From Phoronis australis (Eukaryota; Animalia; Phoronida): a stretch of 64,000 bases of DNA. Shown here in pieces: positions 27,539 through 41,225 of this stretch (its first letter is position 1; each line of letters opens with the position of its first letter). The stretch spans positions 233,215 to 297,214 of the forward strand of contig NMRA01000326.1 in NCBI GenBank assembly GCA_002633005.1, written 5' to 3'. The notes under the pieces are model-generated. The model made no database searches. It was not told the origin of the DNA and saw nothing but the letters and a program-made list of their open reading frames with translations. Position numbers and translations under genes: made by a program.

Positions 27539-27855
27539 GTATCCTGTTATCTATCATATCATTGAACGTTGCGTTTTTACACTTAAAAATAATGATAAAA
27601 TTTACAAATCATTTATAGCATGATTGGTTTTACCCATGACAACTTTTTGTTAAGAGTACGGATCAGTATTTGTTAGTAAAAACATAAAATCTAATCTTCT
27701 AGAATTTTTTGTTGCAAAATTGATCACTTTTAAGAATAACAATGCAAACACGTTGAAGGTTGACATTTTAGAAACATTTATCGTCGTTTCCATCGTTCGA
27801 TTGAGACATTTCAGGTGATGTTCAAGATTAGTGAAAGAAAGACTTAATTATTTAA

Positions 27856-30057
27856 TGGAGAATGCCACCCAAAAAACAACCTATTTTGTATCAATTTAGA
27901 TCGAGTAGTTCTACTCGATAACGGCAGGTTCGGTTGCGTTACCTGACACCTGACGGCAGACGGAGGTGTTGAAATTATCCAATGACGTCATTGGTTTCAC
28001 ACGCAGTCTGTTCAGCAGTTCACAACACAGGTTACTGGTGTCAGCTTATCGCTTGGATTCATCGTTTAACACCAATAAATCACCAAACTTCGATCTAAAA
28101 CCCTTAAAAATACATTGAGTTCTTATAAAACGTGTTGTTTTATTTCGCTGTTACGGATTCATTGGTATTTGGACACACCGTAATTAACCTGCAAAGTTCG
28201 GCAGGCCTATTTACCAAGGTCCGTAGCAGGAGTTTGGCCGGGGGTCTGTTTGGAGATAAATTCGAAGTATTCTTCCGTGAAATACAGACAAAAGAACCTA
28301 GATCTGTGTTGTTTAGACTTGTGATTTTTTGAGTTCTAAACACATAAAACGCTTGTTATCCCGGCCAGTGGCTCGGAACCCGATCAGGCCCGGTGCGGCC
28401 GGACTGACTCGTTATCCTGGCTAGTGGCTCCGAACCCGGTCAGACCCGTCGCGGCCGTCGAGACTGACATGAACACAACCCAGCAACTTGAATTGGAAAC
28501 TAAATCTCCAGTCACCAAAAGACTATAATAGTGAGCCAAAGAAATAATGTGCACGTAATTATTTACGTGAATTAGCCACGAAACTGAAAATCTACTTGCT
28601 TGTCGGGGGCCGTGAAGTCGGGTTCCCCTTCCACAGACAGTCAGGGCAAAGGTTGTACATTAACAATGATTTTGTGACGGGACGTTCATAACTTTACGCT
28701 TATTGTTATTCTTATTTAGTTGCAAATGTTCAATTATTCTTATGCTAATGTCTTCGTTGCGTCTCAGTGCGCCTTTGTTACGTGGGCATGTGGGCGCGAC
28801 TGTATGTGTCGGACACTTCGCTAGCGACGGACTTAGGAGAAGGGTGTTTCCTTCCTTTGCCTTCATGAAAATTGATCGTTATCATGTGCAATTGAACTGA
28901 AACGTACATGTATGCCTGACGAGAGGAAATACACATTTTTGATGTTCAGTGGAGACTTGCTCTGTTACATTTGGCGCCCAACGAAAATCGAACAAACCAG
29001 AACTTTTCTTTGACGACGTCTGTAAAATTATGACCGTGCTACGGCCTTGCATGGAAAGTTGAACTGCTTGCTGACTTTACAAGATTTATGTCACGACTCG
29101 GGTAAGAATTTTCTGGAAAGGACAATGTCTTAATTTGCTACTATCGTGGTCACAAGATCGTGGTGGTGTCTGGAATAATGTATGGTGTATTTCTAAATAA
29201 AGATACCCCTAACATATGTGGCCATAGCATATAAAATGGAGTAATTGTTTCACAACAGGTTTCTGTCAGCAAACACTGAATTAGCATGCGCTCACACGGC
29301 CTCGGTTCCCGGTCAATTACCCGGTTGCCGCCCGGGCATCAAAAGCCGGTAACGCAGTGGTTTACTCATTGCTGGCTTCTCAACATTAGCACTCACGAAT
29401 ACTGTGAAGTGATTACAAATTGAATCTAATTAGACAGATTGGTTAGGACGAGAATAATTCATTTTGAAACAGAACGCAGAGTACATGGCAACTCGCCCGA
29501 CGCCAAGCGCGACTTAGTCAAGAGCTCATCCGACGAAGACTTCACGGGTCGGATCGTTAGGTTTCACAGACTATCAGTTCGAACCGGAATAGGTACACTG
29601 ATCAAGAAATACTAGAGAGGCGTCGTGAACATGCACAGACAACGGAACGTATGGATAGTTCTTTGGTAAGCCAGAATCGTCAGAGAAATCTGTCAACGAA
29701 ATGCCGGCCACAGACTCGGAGATGTTTCAAGGCCTCATACTTGCTATAAACAGAATACCTTTCATTCTTCACTACCGCGAGGCACTTTCTAAGCTTTTCG
29801 GGCTCTCGAGGTAGTCGAAAAAACGATATACCCGCTTTCTTCGCAACTTCATAGTTCGGACAAGCGGGAACGATGCACCGCAATATAGCGGCATTAACTC
29901 TGTAACGAACCACTGACGTCGCTGCGTCGTTTCTCACCTTCTTCACTGGTTAACGCGACGCCTCTCGGCAAGGTGAGGTCGACCGAAAAAGAGGCGATGT
30001 GGATATATACCGATTAAGACGGTAAAAAAGACTAATTAAATCGGGTGGCATTCTCCT
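27856..30057 (-). mobile_element. Kolobok-type family A, copy 2 (THAP remnant 29680-29900; ~500-bp internal insert)
   Basis: TTAA TSD; same TIR; CIVPACPN...FFRLPREPEKLRKCL...RVCGRHF. Confidence 0.88.
28673..28983 (+). mobile_element. LTR (~297 bp, TGTGAC...GTTACA) followed by a tRNA-Lys-type primer binding site
   Basis: TG...CA termini with a short inverted repeat; TGGCGCCCAACG at 28972-28983 directly after the LTR end; segment absent from the other two family A copies. Confidence 0.7.
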
Positions 30058-30309
30058 TTAAATTAACTCTGTTGTACGGGGTTCTTTTTATATGTATAAC
30101 GGTATTTGCCCAAATAATAGGATTTATGTCAGAGTGCCATAAATCTCATTATTGATTTGGCAGCAAGATCACTGGTTTAAATTCTTAAAGATTTTATCAA
30201 AAAGGAAGTTAGGATTTAAAGGAAATTAAACGCATTGTTTCTACACTTTAGGAGACAGTTAATTCTATTTGGACTTCCTTGACTGTTTTCAGTTGTCGCC
30301 TGGTATTGT

Positions 30310-30414
30310 GCGGTGTAACCATGCAGTGGGCTTGTTTGCAGAGCGCGGTGTAACCATGCAGTGGGCCTGTTGGCAGAGCGCGGTGTAACCATGCTGTGGT
30401 CCTTTTGGCAGAGT
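30310..30414. repeat. Minisatellite, 3 x 35 bp
   Basis: GCGGTGTAACCATGCAGTGGGCYTGTTKGCAGAGC repeated. Confidence 0.9.
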
Positions 30415-31544
30415 CTGATCCACTACTGCTGTACTTGAACTACCGGTGTTGTACAGAGGTGTGAGAACACGAAATCCTGTAGTATACCGGGTCTAATAAG
30501 TTAATATTGTGCAAAAAGTAAATACTATAATTATCTGTCGATGACGCAATGCACAACACAGGACAATTAATAATTTCTCAGTTTTTAGCGACTTGGTTTC
30601 AACACAATAACTGTTACGGTGAAATCAATCGACTACATGAAGAAACGTATCGACAACCAACGCACAATGGGACACTATCAATATATATAAATCTCTATTT
30701 GTAAAAGCAGAGTGAAAAGAGCTAGCGTAAAAATAAATATTTGTTAATGCATTGGCACTTCGATTAACTGATGCGACGTGTTAACTGTTCAATCGAATAT
30801 CGACCAGTTTGCGTATGAAACATCGCAGCTCATTCTACAGCTTATATACTGGCTGTTCATAGCAAATAAAATAACAACTAGCGGGAAGAATTTGTGTTAA
30901 ATTAGAGGCAATCGTTAGAGGAAAGTTCATTCTTTAAAAGGCCGAAACTGGTTTAGCAATAACTGCATCACGGACGGAAACCAGGAACGTGGAGCAAAGT
31001 TTTAACTGCGATCTCCTCCAGGAAAGTACAAGTAAGTGGACGAATAGATTAACTGTATACATGCACATATTTGTAGCAATTACATTTAAGACTTGCGGAT
31101 TAATCTGTAGAAAAGATCAATTTCTTATACTCAGTCTACTTTTGGAGTCCCTGTAATGATTATTTCTGGGTTTGGAGGGTTTCCCAGAATAAAAAATGTC
31201 AGTGAGCGTTAGCCAAAACAAAAATTCATTCACTTTTTACAGTTGGTCTTCAAAAGCCGTATATCCCGGACCGGTCTTAGTTAAAATAGTTGTAACCGTT
31301 CGAATTTAATTTGCAAACATTTCACTAAACTGTGGCTCGTGAAGTCTGTTTTAGATATTGATACCAAAGTTGTATTATAAAATATCGATGAACACACAGG
31401 AATGAACCAAACAAAATAACAATTGGAGATCTAGAATTACTCTGAGAACGATTCCTAATACTAAAAATAAATAAACAAACAAACAGCAACGTAAACCCCG
31501 ATAAGGCGTATCAACAGACAGATAATAATGACATCTTGTTAATA

Positions 31545-31640
31545 TCAATTTTATAAATTTTATTTATTATTTATTTTATTAATGTGATATTTACAATGAG
31601 GGTAGCCCCATCAGTTCACACTGCTTTCCATCGGGGCACA
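31545..31640 (-). mobile_element. LINE/SINE 3' tail (L2/CR1-like stem-loop plus A-rich tail)
   Basis: Minus strand GGAAAGCAG...CTGATGGGGCTACCCTC followed by an AATAA-rich tail. Confidence 0.45.
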
Positions 31641-33649
31641 GATATGTTAACGTTGTGTATCTCCAAAAGTTAAGAGGTATGTAACAACTATTAGTTCATT
31701 CAGGACCACTTGCGGGTTCACACTCTCTGCGAAAAGTAGGACAAAACCGCCACCTTGTTGCACATCTTGGCATAAGTTGTATAGTCCGCTCGTGGAAAAT
31801 CAGCATGAGATCTTTCAAACCTCACTCGACTTCCCGCTGTGGAGTGACAATTTGGCACTAACACGCCACGGCTGGTGAGACAAACTCTACCTTGCTTCAT
31901 ACCTGAATGTATTCCGCTTAGCGAGAATTTCGCGGAAACGCAAGGTAACATAAGACATCGCGAGATATCGCCATATATTATACGTAATCAAAGTGGTCAT
32001 TAGTGGGTTGTAGGAGCTTTAAAAACATTTCGAAAGTACTTTGACCCGAAACTTTGATTTGACGTGTTTCATTTTATTCGTATGTGTTAATTTCAAATGC
32101 GAAAACTTTCTGCGTTTGAAGTTGTTCATTTTCGTAAAAAAAAACAAAATGGTGAAAATTAGAATTGCATTGTGTCAGTGTTCAATAAAAGTTTTGTCGC
32201 GGGCATTTTTACAGGCACATTGAAAAACTATTAGAGACATTGAACAAAAGACACGAGAAACATAGTGCAGAATGAAAGTAGAAATGACATTTCTTAAAAA
32301 ACAACTAAAGCGCCTCTTAGTAATTTAATACCTGCGTAAACGCTTTAGTAGTCATATCAAACAACAAACATTTATTATCTTGTGCACATATTGATATAAA
32401 TTACGTATCGCATGTACTAAATTGATTGCAATTATTCCGGACAACCTAAGAAATGCCATAGTTCTTTATTCCGGTTGTGTTCGTCCGCTCATTACTTTTA
32501 CGTCAATGAGAGTTTAATCTTGAAAGTTGTTTTGGGTAATTCAAATCAAAGTATCAAAGTGCTCGCAAAAAAATAAAGATCCTCTTTTGGTCTCGTTTAG
32601 TTAAAAATATATACGAAATGAGTTTTAACGCAAACCACCTTCATTAAAACGTATCCTCAAGTGATTGCCTTTCAACATTACACCATTCTTTTGAAAATGA
32701 TCGTAACTTAAAATACAAAATAAATTACACATCACTGGTTTAATATTTTCAGGACGTAAATTATTTTTCCTATTAGTTGAAAAAAGCCCGAAAAATACCG
32801 TTTTTCATGCAGCCACATTTTAGCTGCTGCTTTTCATGATCATAAACTTTAATTACGTGAGCTAAGCCCTTTTAACTGTTTTGATAATAACGTAGCCATG
32901 GATTTCTTACTCTGGTACCTGCATCTACTCTGGGTCCCAGAAATGAGATTCTCAGTCTGTGACAACACGGCTCTTTGCAGCGCCCTCTACTGCTCAACAC
33001 ATGTGACACTTAAATATATATGAACTTCGTTTTTACTAAAATATGCGACATAAAACGGGAAAACTTTTCAGATAACGAAAAAGAAGTGCTTTATTTATCC
33101 TGACACGAAAAAGTAAATTGACAGGTGAAAGTACTCACGAAATGTTGTACTACTCAGGGCCCACGGAATATAGCTTCATGAGCGATGTTTGTGCGTCTAC
33201 GAAACTCTAACCGTCATCTCTCAGAAAGTTTAATTTTCTCGCCTTGAGGGGAACTGTGAGCTCAGCAAACGTTCTTTTGAGTTAACTGAGCTCATTTTAA
33301 ACCGTCGACTGACTCTACACGTATTCCTTAAATATCATGGTTGACTTGCTTCTGAGCATGCGACCGTTGTTGATCTGTTCCTTTCACATGGTTTCTACAG
33401 TCCACATTTTTTCAATTTCTTCTGCTACGCCCCCATCCTTTAACCCAAACTTAAACATGATAATAACATATTACACGTGCTTTAACAATCCTATTTGATG
33501 TTTTGTCTTATTACATGTACGTCTTCATCTAGTTTTATGTATGTACTGCTGGGGGCAGATTGTCCCTCATCTTCATGATCAATATATGTCAAGAATAATA
33601 TATAAAAGATACGAGCGTCGCCAGCTCGTTACCAGAGATGAAAAGAATA

Positions 33650-34407
33650 CCGAGGTAGGCGATATAAGATCATTTATTATGACAATAGAGAATCCTACAT
33701 TAGTCTCAGGTTTATGACATGGGCAAAACCTCTGGGAATTTCGTCAACATTCCAAGAGGTTTCGCCCATGTCATGAACCTGAGACGATTGTAGGATTTGT
33801 TTTCTCACATGAACAGTAAAAACAATGATCTTTTTGCCGAAAGACTCAACGTGCTAAAGCTTTCAACCACATGACGAAATTTTATAAAAACACAATTGCG
33901 CAATATGAAGTAAACCCAGTTACTTTTTGTTAGTAGTTTTATTCTAAAATTAACAACTGTAAATTGCATACAGCTTTCGTAACAAATCTAATAATAAATA
34001 GTCTTTGAAGTTGTAAATGTTTATAAATAACTCAGTGAGCACTAAATTGACATTGAGCATAACTAGGCAGCATCAACGCAATTCTTGAGTTGCGGTTAGT
34101 CTCCGTTTGAATTAACGTGGGTATGAAATTCCCCGCCGAAGACATGTCCTTCCGATTGGGAGTACGTACAGTTGCGACACTCGATTTGTCTTTCATAACC
34201 TTGTCACCTTCACGGAATTATGGAATGTTTGGTTGGCGCGCGTTTAGTTGTTGGTGTTAGTGTTTTGCAAACCATAAAATGTAAGGCGTATAGATTTCTA
34301 CTTTGCACTATTTTGTGATTCGCTCATGTAATATCAAACAATTACTTATTCGGTGTTATTGTCCAGTAATGTCGTAACCCATTCCAGGTCATATGAGAAA
34401 ATACAAT
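33650..34407 (+). mobile_element. Unclassified repeat family C, copy 1 (long hairpin plus sub-terminal inverted repeat)
   Basis: 37-bp stem hairpin at ~33703-33785; TTTTCTCACATGA/TCATATGAGAAAA; inverted homolog at 36620-37345. Confidence 0.7.
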
Positions 34408-36619
34408 TACAAGTAATAGATAGAGAATACAAAAGAAGTTAACTGAAAAAAGATGATTTCTGGTAAGCTGTACAATAAAAGCGCCTGCCATATGGAAGTA
34501 CAAGAAAATGCCAAAATGGGGGATGGTAGGGGGTGGGAAAAATGGATGAGTTTTAGGACGCGCTTCAATGTGGTCGTCACAAAAAAGATGAACTGAAACA
34601 CGAGATTAGATAACAAAGAGAATACCTAAAGACACGTGTCAATCATCAGCCTATGAAAGCCAAGGGCTGACCAAAGTTTAAAAGAGGAAAAAAGGAAGGG
34701 GGATTGGGGAAACATGTTCACGTGTTTTCTTAACGTCAGATATCATGGGATTTCACTGTTTTCCTTAATCATAAAATATGACTGTATTCCACTTAGATTT
34801 CCTTCGGGAGTGCTTCGTACTTAGCCCATACGGATGACGATTACGTATTCTCAAGAGAAAACTTGCTGGGCTGTAACATACTGAAACTTCACAAACGAGA
34901 AGCAACGCAACGAAACATTCGCTAATCTAAAAATGCTACTACATAGCATGCACTAACAGTTGAAATGAGTTGACTCCATAAGCACGTTTTTTGGTGAATG
35001 AAGGGAAATCAACATCGGTCAACACACGTGATGTTCATTTCCCTATGTATCGAATTGACGAGCATACCAGCGGGATGAAACACTTATTTTGTAATTAAAG
35101 TTCTAATTGAATAAGTTAATAAGCGGGTTTAAGTTTGTTAATGTCGGGAAAGGGCGTAAAGCGTCTATAAACACCAATACTTAAAAAATATTTTGTACTT
35201 GTAAAATTGGTTGCAAATTGTTACTCAAGCAAATTAGACGTGATAACAATGGTCACTTTCTCATGGTCAGAATAACGAAATGCCAGGTCTTTGCAAGTCT
35301 AGATATCATCTTCAGCGTTAATATAAGTAGAGACCAGTTTCGTAGCCGTAAATGGTATGGTTCAAAATGAAAGCTCGCTTTTTGAACTCTCAAAAGCGGG
35401 CTTATAGCCGCTTAAAGCGTAAATCAGCAAAATGGTTTTCATCCATCTTATGTTAATTTTATTGATTTAAACACTTCCGGTGCTGTAATGTTAAAACAAA
35501 TCGATGACAATGTATTATATTAGCAACATGAGTAACGGATAGAGAACCAATAGCGAGTGGAAATACACATTCACTACATGAGTACAAGGGCATATCAAAG
35601 TTTAATTGGGTTTTACATCACATGTGTGGTGACAGTTTTTAATCAACGTGAAATCAAGTACAAAAGGAAATGAGTGGACATGATAGCAAATCGTAATTAG
35701 ATTTCAACTGATGACGATGGAATAGGAAATTGTTGTAAAATATTTGTTCGTTTGTTGGTTTACGTTTGTGAGAACGAAGCGGACCGTACATATATGCTAA
35801 TAGGCCCTAACACTAAATCTTTCAATTCTCTTTTTATTTGCATTCTTTTGTATTCATAGTGAATAGCTCTCAGTGCAACATTCAACGACTCATTTGCCCT
35901 CTAGTTCATTATACGACAGCAGATATGTAAAATAATTGATGCGTATAGTATTAAATGCAAAAGGTTAAAATAAAGAAACAAGCAATTGCGCGCTTACAAT
36001 CTTGGTAGATTTCTGAATAGAATTTGACTGAATGTGATTTTTTAACAAATAAATCCCAGTTTCAACGTATCTCTATAGAGAGACATAATTGGCCACAATG
36101 AAGCATTTGCGAGGCTAGTGTGTTTTGAAGGTTCCGCCTCACGAGCAAGCTCAGTTTGCCCAACAATCATTCATTCCCTCGCCGACAGGGGTCACGCAAT
36201 CGGTTTCGCGTAATCTAAAATACACTTCCTGTGTATGGATACAGTGTTATTCGGAAAGTTACCGAACTGACTAAACTGTTGTTGTTCATTGTCACATTTT
36301 CAAATGGCTGTAAAGAAAACATAAAACACATTTGTCATTTATGTAGTGTTGACAATCTGACAAGATGCATCGCGTAGCATCTTCAACTCATTGCGTCCAA
36401 GTAGACGAAACAAAACCTTGCAATTGAGGTTTTCGACGAAAAAGTGAAAAACATCAGCACCGGGAATCTTCGCGGTCGAAGCAAAATCGTTTCAGCAGGT
36501 GCAGGGTAAGCTCCGATCTCACTTCAAAAATTGCAGAGTAAATTAAACGTATTTATCAGGTAAAGTTAACCGCGAAGGTGATAATTGTCGAATTCTAATA
36601 TGCATATAATAACAAAAGC

Positions 36620-37345
36620 GATTGTATTTTCTCACTTGACCTGGAATGTGTTACGGACACGACTGGTTAATAACACCGAGTACGTAATTTTTTGATATTA
36701 CATGGGAAAATCACAAAGAAGCGCAAAGTAGAAATCCATACGCCTTAAATTCTATCGTCTGCAAAACACTAAAACGTCAACCAAACGTGCGCCCACAAAC
36801 AATGCCGGAAGGTGACAAGGTTATTATTGACTAATCGGGTGTCGCAGCTGGACAAGCAAACAACTTTTTAAACGGACCCATCTTCGACAACGAATTCCAT
36901 ATCCACGTTCATTCAAACGGAGACGAGCCCCAACTCGAGGAACGCGGCGAGACTGTCTAGCAGTGCTGTCTAAAGGTCTACTCAGTGCTCACGTACGGGC
37001 GAGAAAGCCTTGCTGACTGTTATTCATCGACATTTTGTAACTTTTGATATTACTTCAAAGACTATTCATTAGATTCTTACTTGAATATTTGCCACGAAAG
37101 CTGAATACAATTTACAGTTGTTAAACTTAAAATAAAACTATTAACAAAAAGTAACCGAATTACTTTACATTGCGCAAGCGTGTTTTTACAAAGTTGCGTC
37201 ATGTGGTTGAAAGTTTTAGACAAGTCGAGTTTTTCGACAAAAAGATCGTTTTTTCGGTTCATGTGAGAAAAGAAATTCTACAAACCTCGGGATTTTGAAG
37301 AAGTTTCCTAGAGGTTTTGCCCATGTCATAAACCTGAGACTCGTG
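36620..37345 (-). mobile_element. Repeat family C, copy 2
   Basis: Reverse-complement match to 33650-34407. Confidence 0.7.
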
Positions 37346-37664
37346 TACAGGCCAAAGCTTGTTGCTCGAAAAATAAAAAAATGCCCCACCCAACGATAGT
37401 CCCGAAAATTTGACAATGGCCTTTTAATAACTGGATCAACTATTTGATCGTACTGAACGTAGACAACAACAAGACGCATAGATTCAACACTATTCATGCC
37501 GGATCTGATGGTTTGTCATTTGTTGTTGTTCAGTACTTGGTCAGTTAAACACAGTTAGGGTATCCATAAAATGGAGAATACCTTTTATACAACAAGACCA
37601 ATCCAAATGATGACAGGACAGTAATCTCCATCTTCTCCCCTCAAAGCCATACGACTAGATTTAA

Positions 37665-39160
37665 AAGCGAAGGAAACCTTTTTTCATGTCATTTTTAGCA
37701 AAAATAAGGTTCTTTGGTTATCCCAGACATATTTTGCACTTAATTACACCTTTTCGAAATTTGATTAATTACTCGTGCTCTACTCCGGAAGTGACGTTTT
37801 GGGAGGCAAGAATTTCGCGTCAATTTCTTTTCATATAGAGAGCTGTGAGAGCTGTCGAGACAGTCATTGTTCTACCTCGGTTGTAGTAAGTTCGGTCTCG
37901 TTTGCTTTTGTTTACAAAGTCAGACAACATGCCACACTGTTGCTGCGTACCGGGATGTACTCATTATCGTCTCACGCGCGCTTTGGGAATACCAGGCTTT
38001 GCATTGCTTTCCAAAGATGACACACTTCGCCGAACTTGGCTTGCTCGTGTGAATAACGCAGCGTTACCCGTCAACGCAACGTTCAACGCAGTGGAGGGTT
38101 ACCGAGTGTGTGGCAAGCATTTTCTGCCGTCAGATTACGAGAGGGATATGTACGCTGAATTGATAAAGGTCCCTGCGAAACAACGCCTGAAGAAGGGTGC
38201 GATACCGTAGCTGTTGATTACCGGCAGTGCTCCGTCGCCACCCCCGCGAAGTACGTTTTTGAAGCGAGAAGGCTCGCCATCTATGGCCACTACAGTGACT
38301 GGAGGCACTTCATCTACTGTCACCCGTGCCTCCTAAGGTACTGAGCGTGCAATTCTGGGAACTAGCATTGATTCGCCCTGTGCTGTTGTTTCTAACACAG
38401 AGCCTGTGAGCAGCCCTGCAGCGATGTTGAGTTGTGGGAGTGAATACAGGCCCAGTTCGACACCAGTGAAGAGGACAGTTCGTCGTCCAACGAACAGATT
38501 CGTGAGCCAAACTTTATTGTGGTCTTGTCTAAAGTATTGGAGCTATTTAGAAAGTGCCAAGTGTTTGGCGAGGGAGTAACACTGCGGGATGTAAGCATTT
38601 TGGGTGCTCAGGTCACCATCCAGTGGGAGTGTGTTGCTGGACACTGGGGCAAGTGGGACAGTTATGCCTGTGCATACTCTGCCTCATTATACTCGGGCTC
38701 AAACATACAAAGTATACCCACCCACTGACTGTCCGTGAAAAAATTCCTCGTCACCACTGCTGTATGAACAATGTCTCCGTTACTCACATCACTACTGTCA
38801 ATGTGATATAGGTCGCCGATTCCAGTCATTTTCAGATTAATACAAACTAAAGAATCCCTAAATCCAACGTATTTGGGTTCTCTAACAAGCTAGTTTGTCG
38901 TAGAAAACTCGTCCATGGGAAGTGTTGACGACAATTTCAGAAAAACAGCCTGAAAACAAATATAGTACTGATCCTCACACTAAACTCAACGCAGAGCCAA
39001 ATTGGCGCGAAATTCTTGCCTTCCAAAACGTCATTTCCGGAGTAGAGGACGAGTAATTAATTAAATTACGAAAAATTACAATTTAGTGTAAAATATGTCT
39101 TGGGTAACCAATGAACCTTATTTTTGCTAAAAACGACATGAAAAAGGGTTGCCTTCGCCT
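37665..39160 (+). mobile_element. Kolobok element family D, internally deleted; THAP ORF 37929-38210 plus a CxxGH...W fragment at 38519-38728
   Basis: TTAA TSD at 37661-37664 and 39161-39164; ~165-bp TIRs; MPHCCCVPGC...WLARVNN...VCGKHF...LKKGAIP; WECVAGHWGKW. Confidence 0.9.
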
Positions 39161-39792
39161 TTAACACCCTTGTAGTCTTTCTTCGAATACCACGTGACTT
39201 CCTCATGTCAAAAAGTAGCCGTTGTGCATTCCAGCACTCAAGAAAATCACTCATTGCCAAATCTTGACAAAAAAGAGGAAACCCCCCAAATAACAGGAAA
39301 CGTGAGAAAAGGTAGAAAAACTGTTGGAAGGCCAGTGTGACAAAATAAGAAAACCACTTGATATGATACAACGGGGGCGTAATTTAAATGGTACAGCCGT
39401 AACAGCACAAGAGGACAACGCGTCACTTGTGAAACAGCAGAAACGCGTCACAAATATTAAATGGAATCGAACAGTAATGTGTAGGTTAAACTTTGCGAAA
39501 TATCCGCTTGCGAAATCAGTTTTATGGATTTCTGTTTAACGTAATATCCGAAGGTCTCTTTCACGGACTCATTGACAAACACTTAACCTACCTCATTTTG
39601 TAATTATGTGCCTGAACGATAACTTGTTTGCTTAAGTTGTGTGCACAAACTAAAAGCGCCATTTTAAGTTTTGTAAGAAATTTAATGACTATTGCAAAAT
39701 ATTTGATTGCAAGTGAGCAATACAACGGATTCCCTGAAGCACTTTAATGCAAACCTGCTGTAAACTACCATCGGCCAAATAGGTGAACAGTA

Positions 39793-41135
39793 CACAGTTA
39801 AAATTACGTGAGTAAGTACATTCTTGCTAGAGGCGTAAAGTAATTATTTGCCGCGTACAGTAATTATTTGTGATGTAAAGTAATTATTCGAGACGTAAAG
39901 TAATTGTTTACCGCGCAATATACGCGGCGTAAAGTAGTTTTTTTTGCGGTTTAAAATAATTAGTTGTGACGTTTAGTAATTATTTATTGCTTAAAGTAAT
40001 GAATTGTGGCGTAAAGTAAGTTTTAGCACCACAGATAATTACCTCACACCGTAATGTAATAATTACTTAACGCCGTAAAGTAATTCTTAACTCATCCAAA
40101 AACTCGCTCAAGTCTGCTTTACAATCGACGCATCCGCTCTACATTGAGGGAGCACATTTTTCACTTGGGTTTGTCTACCAGAATACATGCCAATGTCAAA
40201 AAAGGTGTGCAAAAAGGAAGTGTTTGAGTCATTTCACATCACAAGCCCTACATATGAGCATAGAAACTATATTCCTTCGTGTATTTTTGACCTTTTTACT
40301 CTTACTGAAAAGCAAAATAGACTAAGAAAAACGGAGCAAAAATACAAAATAGGCACTTTTCACCTCAAAATCACCACTTTGCTGTCGATGCACGACTAAA
40401 GTCAATAATACATTCTGAAAGCAAATTTCCTACCGACTGCAAAATAGGGTCCAAAAGTACTGTCAATCAACTAGTTTTTTTGCAGATCTGCCTTGTTCGA
40501 GGGCTATCTGAAATCGTAGTCAATTTTGTTTTCGCTACCCAACAATGCACAAGTGCCACAGGATGCTGCCATCTTGAAGAAGAATGAAGCTACAGCCCCC
40601 CAAGTGGTCGTTTTTCATTCGCATTATGTTCACAAATACAAACGAACCACATCCACTGAGAATTCATGCAGTGTCTACCAAATAAGGCCCCCAAGCCAGG
40701 ACCACCCCAAGATTTTAACATTTTGGGAACGCAAATTGGCCGCGTCAGCAGTCTTAATTGTTCAGGGTCACCTGGCTATCGAAAACAAAAACATGGCAAA
40801 GGCAGAGGGCATCCATAATGGTACAAATTGTGACACATTTTTATCTGTATGATGATTGGCCGAGTTTAGAAATACTTTGGGGCCTAAAGTAATTAATACT
40901 TTATGCCGTCAACAATTACTTTACGCCGCAAATAATTGTTTTAGGTCACTCTACGCTGCCAATAATTACTTTACACAGCAAACATTTACTTTACGCCTTA
41001 AAAAGTTACTTTACGCCGCAAATAATTACTTTACACCGCATATATTTACTTTACGGCGTAAAAAGTTACTTTACGTTCCAAATACTTACTTTACACATGT
41101 AATAAGAGTCAACTTAGGCACGTAATTTAACGGCG
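39793..41135. mobile_element. Foldback/CACTA-like element with inverted arrays of a ~21-bp unit
   Basis: TA-flanked termini CACAGTTAAAATTACGTG / CACGTAATTTAACGGCG; (GCGGCGTAAAGTAATTATTT)n at ~39830-40085 and its complement at ~40885-41100. Confidence 0.75.
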
Positions 41136-41225
41136 TATGGTTAACTCATTTTTACCGGGCCAACAGACATACACGTGACTAATGTGTGTCGGTAGCTCGC
41201 CGTATCAAACGTTGTAGGTCAAACA

